From: Phoronis australis
Lineage: Eukaryota; Animalia; Phoronida
DNA: 64,000 bases
Assembly (NCBI GenBank): GCA_002633005.1
Contig: NMRA01000648.1
Coordinates: forward strand, 102,406-166,405
Reading direction: 5' to 3'
Below are positions 25,541 through 37,489 of this stretch, piece after piece. The position numbers and the translations under genes were made by a program. The number at the start of each line of letters is the position of its first letter. The first letter of the stretch is position 1. The notes under the pieces were generated by a model, which was not told where the DNA came from, made no database searches, and worked only from the letters and a program-made list of their open reading frames with translations.

Positions 25541-25786
25541 CTTACGGCAAACTGGTGTTCTTAATCACGTGTGGTTTCGTGACGTAATTAACCGCAGCTG
25601 AATTAATTTAGTCCGGCTTGAAGTGAACGATCTCGACATGAATTAAGTAGCGCTGCGTAGGAATTTAAAACGTTATGCATCTTAGGGTAATAATTGTTTT
25701 CATCTTTTCTCTTTTAACTGTTTTACTCATGACGAAATTTAACACGCAGTGCAGGTCCAACGCTGTGTCCTCGCCATCAACCCGAA

Positions 25787-26842
25787 CTAGCATTCAGTGG
25801 TTTGCTGTTGCGCGGTGTCTCCGATGGCTATGGTCTCAGCCGCCACACGGTTGCTTCGGCGAAAAGGCTTCGACAAAGACTGGATCACAATGAGTAATAA
25901 CTTCTTAGCCGTACCACGAAACTCCTTGTTGCGAAAAGAGTATATGAAGAAGTTCATGAAACTGTTTGTGATTGCCATCCACCAAACGACACCCGACATA
26001 TAGGTAGGCACTTGGATGTTAATACGATACCGTGTTATTATTGTGAGACTTAGCGTGTAACATACCTTTGGAAGGTACGCTACAGTAAAAGCCAGCAAGA
26101 TGGTGGAGACAGTTTTGAAGGCATTCGATGTCTGTAGTGCGGTCGTAGCCTCAGCTGACGGAGGCTCCAGCCGTCCGCGTGCCGACGCCAGAGCCGCTAG
26201 ATGTTTCCGTGCCGTTATGTACATGCTAATGTGACATACCATGATGATCAACATTGACGGAATGAACATGATCGCCAACGACGCCATGAAGAAAGGATAA
26301 TTGTTCTCGAAGCCGAATGAGCAGATGAAGGCGCCCTCCCAGTAATGAAATTTCCAGTCGACGTCCCACTTGTTCACCAGGAAGGGGATGATGTAAAAAC
26401 TAATGTTCAATGCCCAAACTAAGGCGATGATGGTGTAGGCCATTTTCTTCGTCATAAGGTTTGTATACTTAAAAGGCCAGACGATGTAGACATAACGGTC
26501 TATGCTGACTATCGCTAAAGAGTTGACGGAGAGTGTGATGGTCAGCGTACCGCAGTATCCCACGAGCGAACACATGGTATCGCCAAATGGCCATCTGTTC
26601 AAAGCAGCCGAAGGTATGGCAAAGACGCCCATGAAGAAGCCAGTCATGAGATCCACAGCGGAGAGCTGAATAAGAAAGTAGCCAGACGGGTTGCACAGAC
26701 TGGATGTTTTACTGATTACGGATATGTTCAGAACATTTGTGCCGATAATCATGATGGTTACGATGGTGATGAGGACGGTGAAGACGTAATGTAAGCCTAT
26801 GTCGTCATGCCAAAGAACAAGAGGATTGTTGACACCGATCAT
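25787..26842 (-). CDS. Class A (rhodopsin-family) orphan GPCR, GPR21/GPR52-like, single coding exon (351 aa from the first ATG)
   Basis: Seven hydrophobic segments with TM1 N, TM2 LSAVD, WPFGDTMC, SIDRY, TM4 W, ECL2 Cys, TM5 P, TM6 AYLP and TM7 WMAITNSFMNFFIY. First ATG at 26842 (the ORF track starts at TTG 26881). Confidence 0.95.
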   Translation of the reverse strand: MIGVNNPLVLWHDDIGLHYVFTVLITIVTIMIIGTNVLNISVISKTSSLCNPSGYFLIQLSAVDLMTGFFMGVFAIPSAALNRWPFGDTMCSLVGYCGTLTITLSVNSLAIVSIDRYVYIVWPFKYTNLMTKKMAYTIIALVWALNISFYIIPFLVNKWDVDWKFHYWEGAFICSFGFENNYPFFMASLAIMFIPSMLIIMVCHISMYITARKHLAALASARGRLEPPSAEATTALQTSNAFKTVSTILLAFTVAYLPKVCYTLSLTIITRYRINIQVPTYMSGVVWWMAITNSFMNFFIYSFRNKEFRGTAKKLLLIVIQSLSKPFRRSNRVAAETIAIGDTAQQQTTEC

Positions 26843-26871
26843 CGCGGCTTTTGAAGTGAGAATAAGCAGTT

Positions 26872-26979
26872 CTAGAAGCAAAAGACTTTGGTGAGAGACA
26901 CCAAAAACCTCGGAAACCTCATTCTTAAAGTAACGGTGTAAATGGTTGTATTTCAGCCAGTCTTGTGTAATGCGCTCAC
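26872..26979 (-). other. Probable 5'UTR intron of the GPCR gene (108 nt)
   Basis: Donor ATG|GTGAGC and acceptor tctttttgcttctAG, 29 nt upstream of the ATG. Confidence 0.5.
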
Positions 26980-28496
26980 CATCACTTTATTCTTTTGCCG
27001 AATCGGAGCTTTCTACAAGTTGTCACGGCATACTGGTGTTCTATACTTGTAAAACAAATCTTTCAAGAGAGACAATATCTTGATTATGTTCATGCAGAAC
27101 CTGGTCGATAATTTTTGAGATGGTCTTAAAGGCCATCAGTGGGAACCGTCTCAGTTAGTGTCACGCTTCACTGAATATTTTCACTAACTGACTTCTTAAA
27201 AGATGCTAATCTCACTAACTCCAATCATCGAACCGTAGTGGTCTCTCAGCCGTGGCAAACTGCCTAAACTTTGCGTCAGTTGATGCAGTCTGTAGTCCGA
27301 TGTGTTGTGCGCTGTGCATGCTGTTCGATTACCAGTAGCGACGCATGCGGCTTGTATATATGTAGCAAATTAATTGCCCTGTAAGGTTTAAGTCACGCAA
27401 CATCTCCAGCAGAAACTGCAACGTCGCTAGCGATCGAGACCTCAAATTACCACCTAGCCTCGCGTTTGGGTGGTTTTTTTGTAATATAAATCCGTAACTA
27501 CCGTCGACTTCAATCCTATTGTTTTTTCATAGAAAGGATTGGTCAACTGAGATGAGAAGGCTATGTTGCCCTCTTAGATATCGTATTGGGTGAGTTTGCG
27601 ACACACCTAAAACAGCTTCCCAGCGTTTACTTTTTTCATTTCCGTGCCCGGAATCCGTCAGTTTAATTTAAATTCAAGGTATCATTAGAGTAGGTAACTT
27701 GCCTCAGTGTAGGATATGACGTTTGGATATCGTCCCGGGTGGAGAAACTTGTTCCCGGCAACCTGTCGGAGAAAGGGAAACGTGTGGTTGCTGGCGCAAG
27801 TGTATAATCTTGGAATTCAGTCGAATATTTTAATCGTCTAAGTATGCATAGGTCTAGGTTCGGAATACGCGTTGACAGCCTCTGCCCAATTTTGGACAAG
27901 TCTCTACCATCGGGATAATATCTCACTAGCCCTAGCCCGTTCGCAAAGTGTCTAGATACGTGCAACAGGAAATGATAATAATGATTTTTGCGGAGGGGGA
28001 TGACCTTGATTTATTTTTTACAATCAAACCTCACTTTAGGGATTTCATACAAAGCCAGTTTTAATTTTCTGCTTAATTAGTACATCTTCCGTGAGATAAA
28101 ACTATCGCCTTTTCTCGTTGTTCACAGTGCCTGTGCTATGGCAAATGTCGAAGGTCATGACCTTCAGCCAGGGAATGTCGCCTCTCGCCGTCACAAAACG
28201 CTTTCCGGCCATACTAGTTCAAACTGTTTAGATTCGACGAGGGAATTATTTTGCATCAAACACTCCAATGAATCAGTCGTGGTTAATTTTTGTGAACAAT
28301 TCTATCTTGGGTTCTGGGATAAGTGTTGCACTAGTCATATCTCTCTTGCTACCTCACACGAGTGTGTGCCATGTAGATATATTCCTGTATGCAGAGTTTT
28401 GTTAGGATATACGTTTAAATTGAATTTTTTATAAAAAAAATAAGTAAATATTTTTCACTAAATCACATACGTTAATTTATAACCTGATTAATATTA

Positions 28497-29806
28497 TAAG
28501 AAGAGTTACGCGAAGCGTTGAAATGTGCCCAGGAATGCATCGCAAATGATGTGCTTTTAGGGTTGTTTATTTGTATCATCAAAATGGCCACTAGATGGCG
28601 CAAAATATGTCGAATCTGTCTGAAAACCAGATACTGTCATCGTTTTTCTAAAAGAAAGCCATTTACCAAATTTCATTAAAATTCGTCTAATAACTTCAAA
28701 GAAACGGAAAAAAATGAAATTGCCACTGGGGGGCACAGTGTTCGTCGGATCCGTCTAAAAGTCGTCGTCTTCACTAGTTAACTTGATATGAATACACATG
28801 CTAAATTTAATAAAGATCCTACAGAGGGCTTAGGAGATACAGGTATGGGTGCAAAAAACGCCACTAGGAGGCGCCACAGTAGTCGAAGTCGTCGGAAAAT
28901 CATCGTCAACCTTAATTCCCTTCATAGAAACTAGAACATACATTTTTACTTTCACAATCATCCTTAGTTAGAGTGGTTTGGTTGACAGAGGGACGGACGC
29001 TAAAAAAAAGAGTCGAAAACAACAAAAATGGCCACTAGGTGGCGCAAAATACCTTGAATCAATCCGAAGATGAATAGTTAGCGTAAACTCCCTAATAGAT
29101 GTCCATATGACAAATTTTATGGAAATCCGTTGAGGACCTTTGAAGATATTGAGGTAAACATAAAAAACTAAAATTGCCACTAGGGGGCACACCTGTAGAC
29201 CGATCTGTCCGAAAGTCGGCGTCGTCCGTTGTCAACTTCATATAAATTCACCGTAATTAAATACATAACTTGTTCAGCGTTTGGTCGCAGCAAAACAAAC
29301 AAAACTGCCACTAGGAGGCGCCACATTAGTCGAAGTTGTCGGAAAATCATCGACAACTGTCTTCTTCATAGTAAGAACATGATACATGCAAATTTTCACA
29401 ATCATTGTTAGAGTGGTTTGGTTTTTAGAGGGGTGGACGCCAAAAAAACGACTCGAAAATAGTAAAAATGGCCACTACATGGCACACAATTCCTCGAATC
29501 CATCCGAAAACGTCAACTCATTAATACATGCCTATGTACCAAATTTCATGAAAATCGATTGAGTACCGTTGAAGATACGATGGAGAAAGTAAAAAACTAA
29601 AATTGCCACTAGGGGGCACAGCGGTATTTGGGTCGGTCCGTAACTCGTCGTCGGCAACCCCATAGGAACACACCTTCCAAATTTCAATAAGATCCTGCAA
29701 GGGGTTTAGGGAGATACAGCTGCGGACGCATGATACCAGACGCCCGGACGCCCAGACAGAGATGACGGCTATATGCGACTACATAAAAATATGTGGGCGC
29801 TTAAAA
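28497..29806. mobile_element. Helentron/HINE-like non-autonomous element with an internal tandem array (~445-bp trimeric higher-order unit) carrying 8 CTCF-like motifs
   Basis: Repeated blocks containing ccaaatttcat and GCCACTAGRKGGCRC, ending in a degenerate GACG/GACA microsatellite (29738-29760), a hairpin gcgactacat-aaaaat-atgtgggcgc (29775-29800) and ttaaaaa. The left boundary is approximate. Confidence 0.75.
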
Positions 29807-30935
29807 AGGACATTCTTTAATATACATGAGTGCTGCTTCGTCGGCTCAACGGTTCAAACTAAGACAAACAAAAATGAAGCGGTATAAAAATAACACTCAT
29901 GAGCACCATTATGACTATAATATACCTGTAGAGAACAATATGTGCTAACTTGCCTCGTTCCATGCATTTTCTGTGAAATTGGGAAGCATTTTGGAGTTTT
30001 CCTATTAAAATGTTTTACCCAAATATTAGACTTCAGGTTTTCTCATTTCAGGAACCGACTTAACATAACTCAACTCAAACAGAGCTGAAGGTCCATCAAA
30101 AAATGTTTCCAAGATTCTGGTAAATGAATGAACACGAATCAAAAGAAATTCCCAGTATGGGAAAAATACTCAGTTTGCTAAGTGTTCTAGTATTTCGAGA
30201 GTCGGCTATTACGAAAAAAGTAACTTTTAAAAATGTTTCAATGTTTGATTCATCTGAAAAAGCATGTGCACTTTGCTCTACACTAACCTCTAATAATCAA
30301 ATTACTAATGTCTAACAATCCTCTCCTGCACCATAGTGTCCATCATACTATCTCCTACTGAGCTAGCACCGCCTCATCTTTTCCGTTGCCACGTGGACCT
30401 CCTTGACGACTCAAATATTGCGTGCCCCCCCGGAGGAATCTCAGAATAGTCTTTCCTCTCCAGGTTCTAATTTCCTCTCGTGCTGATATTTACGTTGTTC
30501 CGTTTTTCTCTTGCCGTTTGGGCGTCACGCATCACGATTTCGCATTGGATTTCGGATTGTTTGGCAAAGAAGTGTGGAGAGGAAGAAAGTGGCCGGAAGA
30601 AGCTTAGATACTCAGAGCGTAGGCATACACGAAATAACACGAAATCTTAACAGAACACTGATTGAGCAATTTCGCTATAGTATCTTGTACATTTATCCAT
30701 GATAAACTATACCTGAACAACGAAAGAAAATTTTAGAAGTTCATTTTAATTGAGTACATGACCTATGAGGTGTTTCCATTAACAACGAAAGCACAGACAT
30801 TGTGTTTTCTCGTGGTTGTCTTGGGTATACAGAACGCATCCAGGGTTTTGGTTAAAAATAATTTTCCGGTTTCAGTTTTCGTAAAAAATAGTTACAGAAA
30901 ATTATCTTAACGTAATCGAAAATAGTCATAAGCCA

Positions 30936-31169
30936 AGGCGCAGTCACACTATGACGAAATGGCACCGCGATATTTGTTTGTTCTTCTCTGGAATACGGTA
31001 ATACAATATATTGTGTCCACTGTTTAGAATTCGTTATTCGTTATGAAATCCTTCCGGTCATACGGGCTCGCGAAGATGCTCTTCAGGAATGTGTCAAAAA
31101 TTTTTGTTTCTCTATACAGCCGATTTTGAGCGCGTAAAGGATTTCGTTATGGTGTGCCACATGACACCT
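30936..31169. mobile_element. Small degenerate MITE (Harbinger-like ends)
   Basis: cacactatgacgaaat (30945-30960) is inverted relative to atttcgttatggtgtg (31141-31156). Confidence 0.5.
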
Positions 31170-31491
31170 TTATTCCCAAATGGTACACGAAAACTTTCAA
31201 AACACTAGCGCCTGGAAGTATAGCGTTCACTACATTTTTCGTTTTTACTTCTTCGATATCTACAGCCGCCGAATTTGTATTATTGAATTTTCTTACCAAA
31301 AATTGATGGCACTAAATGTCGGTTGCATTTTGCAAGAATCCGATCTCGGTAACATTTTTGATTGGTGAAATAATTCTGTGATCAAATGATGAAAGCAAAG
31401 GAAAGCGCATATTTAATTAGAGATTTCGAATTTCCAATCAGAGATTTCGAATTTCGTCGGACGGTACCAAATTGAAGGCAACAGCTCTAAT

Positions 31492-31741
31492 CATGCGCGC
31501 ACCCTGGGGGCTCCGAGGGCTCGAACGAGACCCTCATTTGGCAAAGGAGGAAAATAGTCCGCTTCAGAGAAACAAAATTCCGAAAAGTAGAGAACGAGAC
31601 AAAAGTCGATTAAAAAGGCAGGAACTACCAAAATTTGGCGAATGCACAGCTCATAGGTCTGAACGTACCCCGTGACTCATAATAAAATGTCCACATTCGC
31701 AAAAAGCGAGCCCCAGTTTTTTTAAGCTGGGTGCGCGTATG
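31492..31741. mobile_element. 250-bp MITE, CATGCGCGCACCC TIR family (second copy)
   Basis: catgcgcgcaccctgggggctccgagggctcgaacgag ... ctgggtgcgcgtatg matches the ends of 6436-7039. Confidence 0.8.
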
Positions 31742-33079
31742 TTCATAGCAATTTTTGAAGAAGTTTTTTATTTTTAACTTGACACCCAGATTTCTGATGC
31801 CGCCTTTGTTCTAGCATGGGTATACCCCATGGAGTCTTCCCCGGCACAGTCGTGTCTCGCGTGGTGTTAGGAACACATTCATCAATCAGTTCTAGTGGTG
31901 TACCATAAAGAGAATCAACTATAATAAATATTTTGATACACTGGGTAGTAAAATTACAACTGAAATTCATTGTTCTTGGTCTTTGACAGGTATTTGTAGG
32001 TGTATGTTCACACATTAATCACGTGACGCGCCCCATCGGGGGCAACTTTTATCACTCGGCGTAGCAATTGACTTGCACTTGACTGCACGTATGTCCAAAA
32101 CATTTATAGCTTGATGACCGATGACAAAAATACTGAAGACACCGCACTTTTCGTCGGTCTCGAAAACTGTTCCCGTGGATTCACGTGCGACTGGAGTTTG
32201 CGTGTTAATGTTTCGCGGGCTCGTAAGGGTTAAGATGTTTAGAGTGTTAGGGTTGTCAAAAGTCTGATAATCGTTATGGCGACTGATTTTGCGATGCGTA
32301 GCTGAAATTCACTAACAACGTTCGTCATTTTTCTTGAGATTAAAAATAAACTGCCTGTGTTCAAAATTGTGTTACCTAGCAAAGACTTTCATCTTAATCG
32401 ACATACTGTAGCACTGCCAATGGTAAAAGCTATTCAGCTTAGCCCATAATCTCGGTGGTCCCTGCGAGTGTCGCTAGGTGTTTATCTACACGCCGGGATT
32501 TTTGGAAAATAAATCAACTATTAAATTTGTTACCTCAGTCGTCCTTGCATCGATTGCACTACAAAAACAATATTGCCAGCCTTTGGAAAGCGGAACGTTG
32601 CTATTTTAGCAGTTACTTTTTATCCATGTTGAAGAGACATTACTGTCACGTCTTTCTACTTGAGTGTAAGGCACCCCCATGGCACCACTAATAATGCGGC
32701 CGAACGCACTGACTGACACAGCTATACAGGGACACGGCACCAACTTCGGGAGGTATTCCATGTGCCAGAGTTTTTTTTTGTTGAAAAGCCATTCACGAAC
32801 TAGAACATGACTGAAACAAGCATCTCAGTTCCCTAATCCGCGCACGAGCATTTTGTCTTTTTAAACGCCGAGGCCATACATGGAAAGCAGACTGCACTTT
32901 AATTGGAGAGCTGGGCACAGCTATGGCCCGGTGCCGGGGTGGTCTGAAAACAACGAGGACTATTTTGGTTGTGTGTGTGTTTCGAATGAAAGCGAACAGT
33001 GCTTATTTCTTTTGCATGCAACGAATAAGCATCAAAGTACGCATTGGTGCTGCATACTAACAAGAGAGAATCAACGACG

Positions 33080-34264
33080 CAGTGGCGGATCTACGTTTTC
33101 AGCAAGGGGGGGGTTAGGATTCCCGCCAAGGTCGAATCCTAGGCGCGTGGCGCCGAGCGGGGGGAGGTCGGGAGGGAGGTTTCCCCTCCCGTGTAAGAAT
33201 TTTTTTTTGTTTTTGGAGCCAAATAGTGAAATTTCCATGCATCCTTGTAAGTTTCTGGCACTTAACATGTCTCTGGAGTTTTTCTTAAGATTAAAAACCC
33301 TTCTCGATTTCGTCACATGAACTTGGCACATAAGTTTCGTGAAACCATATTGTGCACATCTGTGTATGAGTCACGCCACCAGCAAAAATTTTTGTTGGAA
33401 CATCTGCTTACACACACCTTTTTTAGCATACGAAAAGTCGTATACGAAAAAGTGTGGTGTGTATACAGGGGTTTAGACAAATTCCAAATATTCAAGAGCA
33501 TAATTAAGGAGCACCGACGGGGCGTAAAAACTTGAATATCAGATGATCGCGTAACAGCAGCTTCAAGTTGTTTNNNNNNNNNNNNNNNNNNNNNNNNNNN
33601 NNNNNNNNNNNNNNNNNNNNNNNNNNNNNNNNNNNNNNNNNNNNNNNNNNNNNNNNNNNNNNNNNNNNNNNNNNNNNNNNNNNNNNNNNNNNNNNNNNNN
33701 NNNNNNNTTTTTTTCAAAAATATTACATGTACATGCATGTACACAATATTACATGTACATGTACACTGTATGATATTGCACAAGACAACTTTGCTATACA
33801 TCAGTTACAAACGTGTGGAGTGTAATAGAATGACACGGCATGACAGATGAGGTAAAAACGTTGCACGTCAATTCGCCTGAATACCAGGGTTGCGGCACCG
33901 CAGTATTTCCCCTAATCAAATCAAAATATATCTTAGGGTAAAGAAGCTAGTTACCTAAAGAAATCAGCTATAGAACTGCTCTTTCAGCGGTGAAGTACAT
34001 GCTTGGCTACTTCAGAAGTGTCGACGGAAGCGCGCGCACAATAATCCGCGCGCGTTTTGCCGATGAGCCACAAAGACTCAACAATTCACAACGCAAAAAA
34101 CTATATTTTCAGAGTGAACCCCCCTCAATTTTTTCCAAGTTGGTTTTTGGGGTTTACACAAGCTGGCGGTGTCGTTTTTGTTTTGCTGGAGACGCTTTTG
34201 TTTGTTTTTTTAAATTTTTGGGTCCTGGCCCGAGGGGGGGTTTAAACCCCNAGATCCGCCACTG
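33080..34264. mobile_element. Non-autonomous DNA transposon with CAGTGGCGGATCT TIRs (contains N gap 33574-33707)
   Basis: cagtggcggatct ... agatccgccactg is a perfect TIR. Flanks acgacg / ccgacg are a near-identical 6-mer. A related lone end lies at ~11401 (cagtggtggatctagg). Confidence 0.8.
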
Positions 34265-34269
34265 CCGAC

Positions 34270-35083
34270 GCGGCAGAGCGAGATCCCGGCGCTCATACAC
34301 TCTATGCTCGCTGAACGAAAGTGAACCGCGCCCCGGCCTTCTCTCGTACTTATGCAAATTAGCGAGCTACCAACGGCTCAAATGGCTTCAGGGACGGACC
34401 CAGCGCACATCAGTGACGCACGCCTGCAAAACAATCGTGAGTTTGCTAGAAGTCAAACGGTTTACCCTTACGGAGTGATCGGCGAAGGGCACCGTGACAG
34501 CTGAAAGTCGTAACAACAAACGCGTGATGCGTTGTGTTAGAAACAAACTGACTGTGGGTACTGTGGGCGTCTTAGAATAAAATTGTCGTGCCACGTGAGT
34601 CACCGTAGAATCTGCCAATGGTCTTATCTACGTTGCTAGTTCATACCAAACGAGATTCAAAGGAAAAAATCTTCAGTGGTGGTAGTTTAGTAATGCCTCA
34701 GTTTCAACTCCGGAAAGCGAATTTCGGCGGTACCGCTTCGGTCGGCATGGAAAGTAGCCCAGGCGGGCGCTGCAAGGACACTGACTCAGTCGATTGGGAC
34801 TTACATTTTGTATACCGTAACAACAACCAAGATCTGGCGTTGTCTAGTCAGTCCCTGCCCGGTGCACAGGCGTCCTCAGCTTCTGATCGTCCCCAATACA
34901 CTACATTATGTAGTACGTTCAAATACGTTCAATAGATGTCGCTGTAGATTTCCATTTTGTAAATTTTGCTATTGTCGTTGCACAAGATTGACCCGCAAGT
35001 TCCCTGGGTAACAGTCGATTTCGTAAATTCCAATTTTAAAAATTAACAGTAACCAAAGAAGCTATATGTTGTGAATTGGCATT
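34270..35083 (+). promoter_or_regulatory. CpG-rich putative promoter and first (probably mostly non-coding) exon of a long plus-strand gene
   Basis: Local CpG/GC enrichment, octamer ATGCAAAT (34352-34359), E-box CACGTG (34592-34597), donor ATT|GTAAGT at 35083/35084, followed by a long CpG-depleted tract. Confidence 0.45.
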
Positions 35084-35432
35084 GTAAGTATATGAATAAC
35101 CAAATCGCTGCTGTAGTAATTACGGAATCAAGTCTTTGATCAATCCCTGAACCAGGAGTTGCGTCCTGCGACTCCGGGATCCGCCTATTTGTGCTTGACT
35201 TCACTTCAGTCGTTGCCCACGTCAGTTAGAAACCAGATCTACCCAGTCACGTGTGCTAGTTTTCCTTGCGGTTGTTGTGAAGAGCGGTTTTCAAACAAAT
35301 TGGAATGTGCCATAACGTAATTAATTCAAAGCATGATTTGCTTTACAACCTGTAGGCAAACTCGAGCATGTGTGTGATAAGTACAGTCGGGCATCTTACA
35401 TGTCTTGGCTGCAATAGACTGAGACTAGACAC

Positions 35433-36330
35433 AGCACTGGTCCGATATAGCGGTCCCTGGTAATTGTTTACAATATGACGACAATGACTTAGACATATGA
35501 TTTTGGTATCGTTCGATTCCTCGCAATGTTATCTTTCCAAATATACACAGAAATTTGTCCTACCCCGTTCCCTTAGTTTTTTATCGTGAAATTAATGCTC
35601 GCACTATTTCCTGGTACTCGGTGCGAAACCGCCATGTTGAATGGATAAGGAGTCACCTGGCGGTCAAAAACTGAACTAATCTACCGACTTGCAGATCGTC
35701 GCTTTTCATAAGTTCAAATTGACCGAGACCCGTCAATCCCCTGCCCGAGTTACCTAACGAAGGGTTCGAATTCGATCCTATGGTGACCCTGATATACGCA
35801 TCTGCTAGCAAAAATCTGCCAAAAAAGCGGAGGTTGTTTTTGAGGTCCAGATTTGTGAAAAAGTATCACTTCAGACAATTTCATGGAAAAATGGTCAAAT
35901 GGTCACAATTCTGAAAAAATGGAAAAGGTAAAGTGCTTCTACTTGTGCATCCACCATATTATGTCAGGAAAACTTTAGCGGGAATCTCGCGCGGGCAACC
36001 ACCATTCAGAATCAATAATGCTGTTTCATCCAATAACAATAGGTGTCGCTGTTATCTTGAGTTGAGCTAACATGGCGGTGTCCACCGGGAAATAGTGCTA
36101 ACTGAAATTCGACGATAAAATATGAAGGAAACGCGGTAGGGGATCAATTCAAATATTTTTAGAAAGATAACATGGCGAGGAATCTAAGTCATTGCCGTCA
36201 TATTGTAAACAATTACCCGGTCCCTGATTTTGAAAACCAGGCAATCACTGAATAACGAACCCATTACCTAGTGGATGAAACTGGTTCTCTAACTCAGGGA
36301 CCGCTCTTTCGGCTATATCGGACCATTGCC
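35433..36330. mobile_element. Small Merlin-like MITE (host), interrupted by a second element
   Basis: Ends agcactggtccgatatagc / gctatatcggaccattgcc; 8-bp flanks ctagacac / atagacac (1 mismatch). Confidence 0.65.
35459..36217. mobile_element. Merlin-like non-autonomous element with long imperfect TIRs and a perfect 8-bp TSD
   Basis: ggtaattgtttacaatatgacgacaatgacttaga / tctaagtcattgccgtcatattgtaaacaattacc. TSD CGGTCCCT at 35451-35458 and 36218-36225. The GGTAA terminus fits the Merlin GGNRM consensus. Confidence 0.85.
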
Positions 36331-37176
36331 ATAGACACTGGACTGTTGAGTGAATGACAGTTCTTTACTTGTTGACTTTTTATGCTACTGGCATTGCTGA
36401 GGATGAGAAATCGTTTAACAAATGTGAAAACTCCCTCGGGTAGTAACTGATGAGGGTATGCTAGTGTCTAGCAACTCATAAGTTGTATTTTGTTTTCTAG
36501 TAACATGAGACGTAGTTTGAAATGCTTAGGACTAGCTTGTCCTTATATAGAAGGATAAAGTGTCTAATATCAAGATAAATAATCTTTATATAAATACAAA
36601 TCTTTAACCAGCGTGGACATGCAGATGACCGGGGGCAGAAATCTTTTTAGACTTATGTTAATTAGGTCACGTGATATGGCCCACAGACTGCGTGCAGACC
36701 AGACTTAAAAATGTTTGTGAATTACTGGTAATACTTTTTACTTGTGTCACTGTTGTGTGATTGTTGATTTGTGTATTGGGGTTAGCAGTTTTAGCCTTGC
36801 ACTTCCATATGTTACTGTGCTATGCAACATTAATCACTACTTAAACCCTTATGGTTAAGTTTGACTTGTCACCACCATGCTCAATTTTGAATTGCTGTGT
36901 CTATGCAGTCCTTTTAAGTGGTTTGAACCCTTAAAATATTGAGTCACTTGTCTACTGTCACTTTCTTCAATTTAGTGCCTACTGCTGTCTGAATCTTACC
37001 AGTTTCCTTGAAATTATTAAATATTTACCTGATCTAATTTTTCACAAAAAATTAACCAAGAACACAGTACTAGTAGTCTACCTTTCGTGACTTAACTGAA
37101 TACTGCAATTGACAGCATTATGTCATGTCCCCCCACTCAACTTGAAGGCTATAAATTGGCAACTAGTCTGTGTATA

Positions 37177-37426
37177 AAAAAGGGACATTGTGAACTTAGG
37201 TCACGTTTTATGAAGGAAGTTCAATGGAGACATCCAACTCAAGAATCCTGTGTACGCCTGCTGGCTAATCCAGATATATCTGCTGTTAAATATGTGTATT
37301 TTGCCCTTAAAAGACCAGAACAACTCTTAAATGGGTTGATTGCTTGTGCAAATGTGCCTGATTAATTGTTTTGTTTATTGTACTTTGGGCCAGAGGCCTT
37401 CAATACAAATAAACGTATTATTATTA
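37177..37426 (+). mobile_element. 5'-truncated LINE 3' end (RTE-X-like) with 13-bp TSD
   Basis: TSD tagtctgtgtata at 37164-37176 and 37427-37439, AATAAA plus a (TAT)n tail, and residual peptide ELRSRFM...HPT...LL...KYVYFALKR resembling a LINE ORF2 C-terminus. Confidence 0.75.
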
Positions 37427-37489
37427 TAGTCTGTGTATATCTTCAAAACTGTAGTGTGGAGGTAGAAAGCCTGTTGGCTAAATCACAAT

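Noticed and set aside
34618-34935. 105-aa ORF as a protein-coding gene
   Set aside because: No recognisable domain and it terminates before the nearest good donor; at most a uORF.
36447-36485. Hammerhead ribozyme (CTGATGAG + stem)
   Set aside because: The stem is followed by ATAA rather than GAAA and no convincing stems I/III were found.
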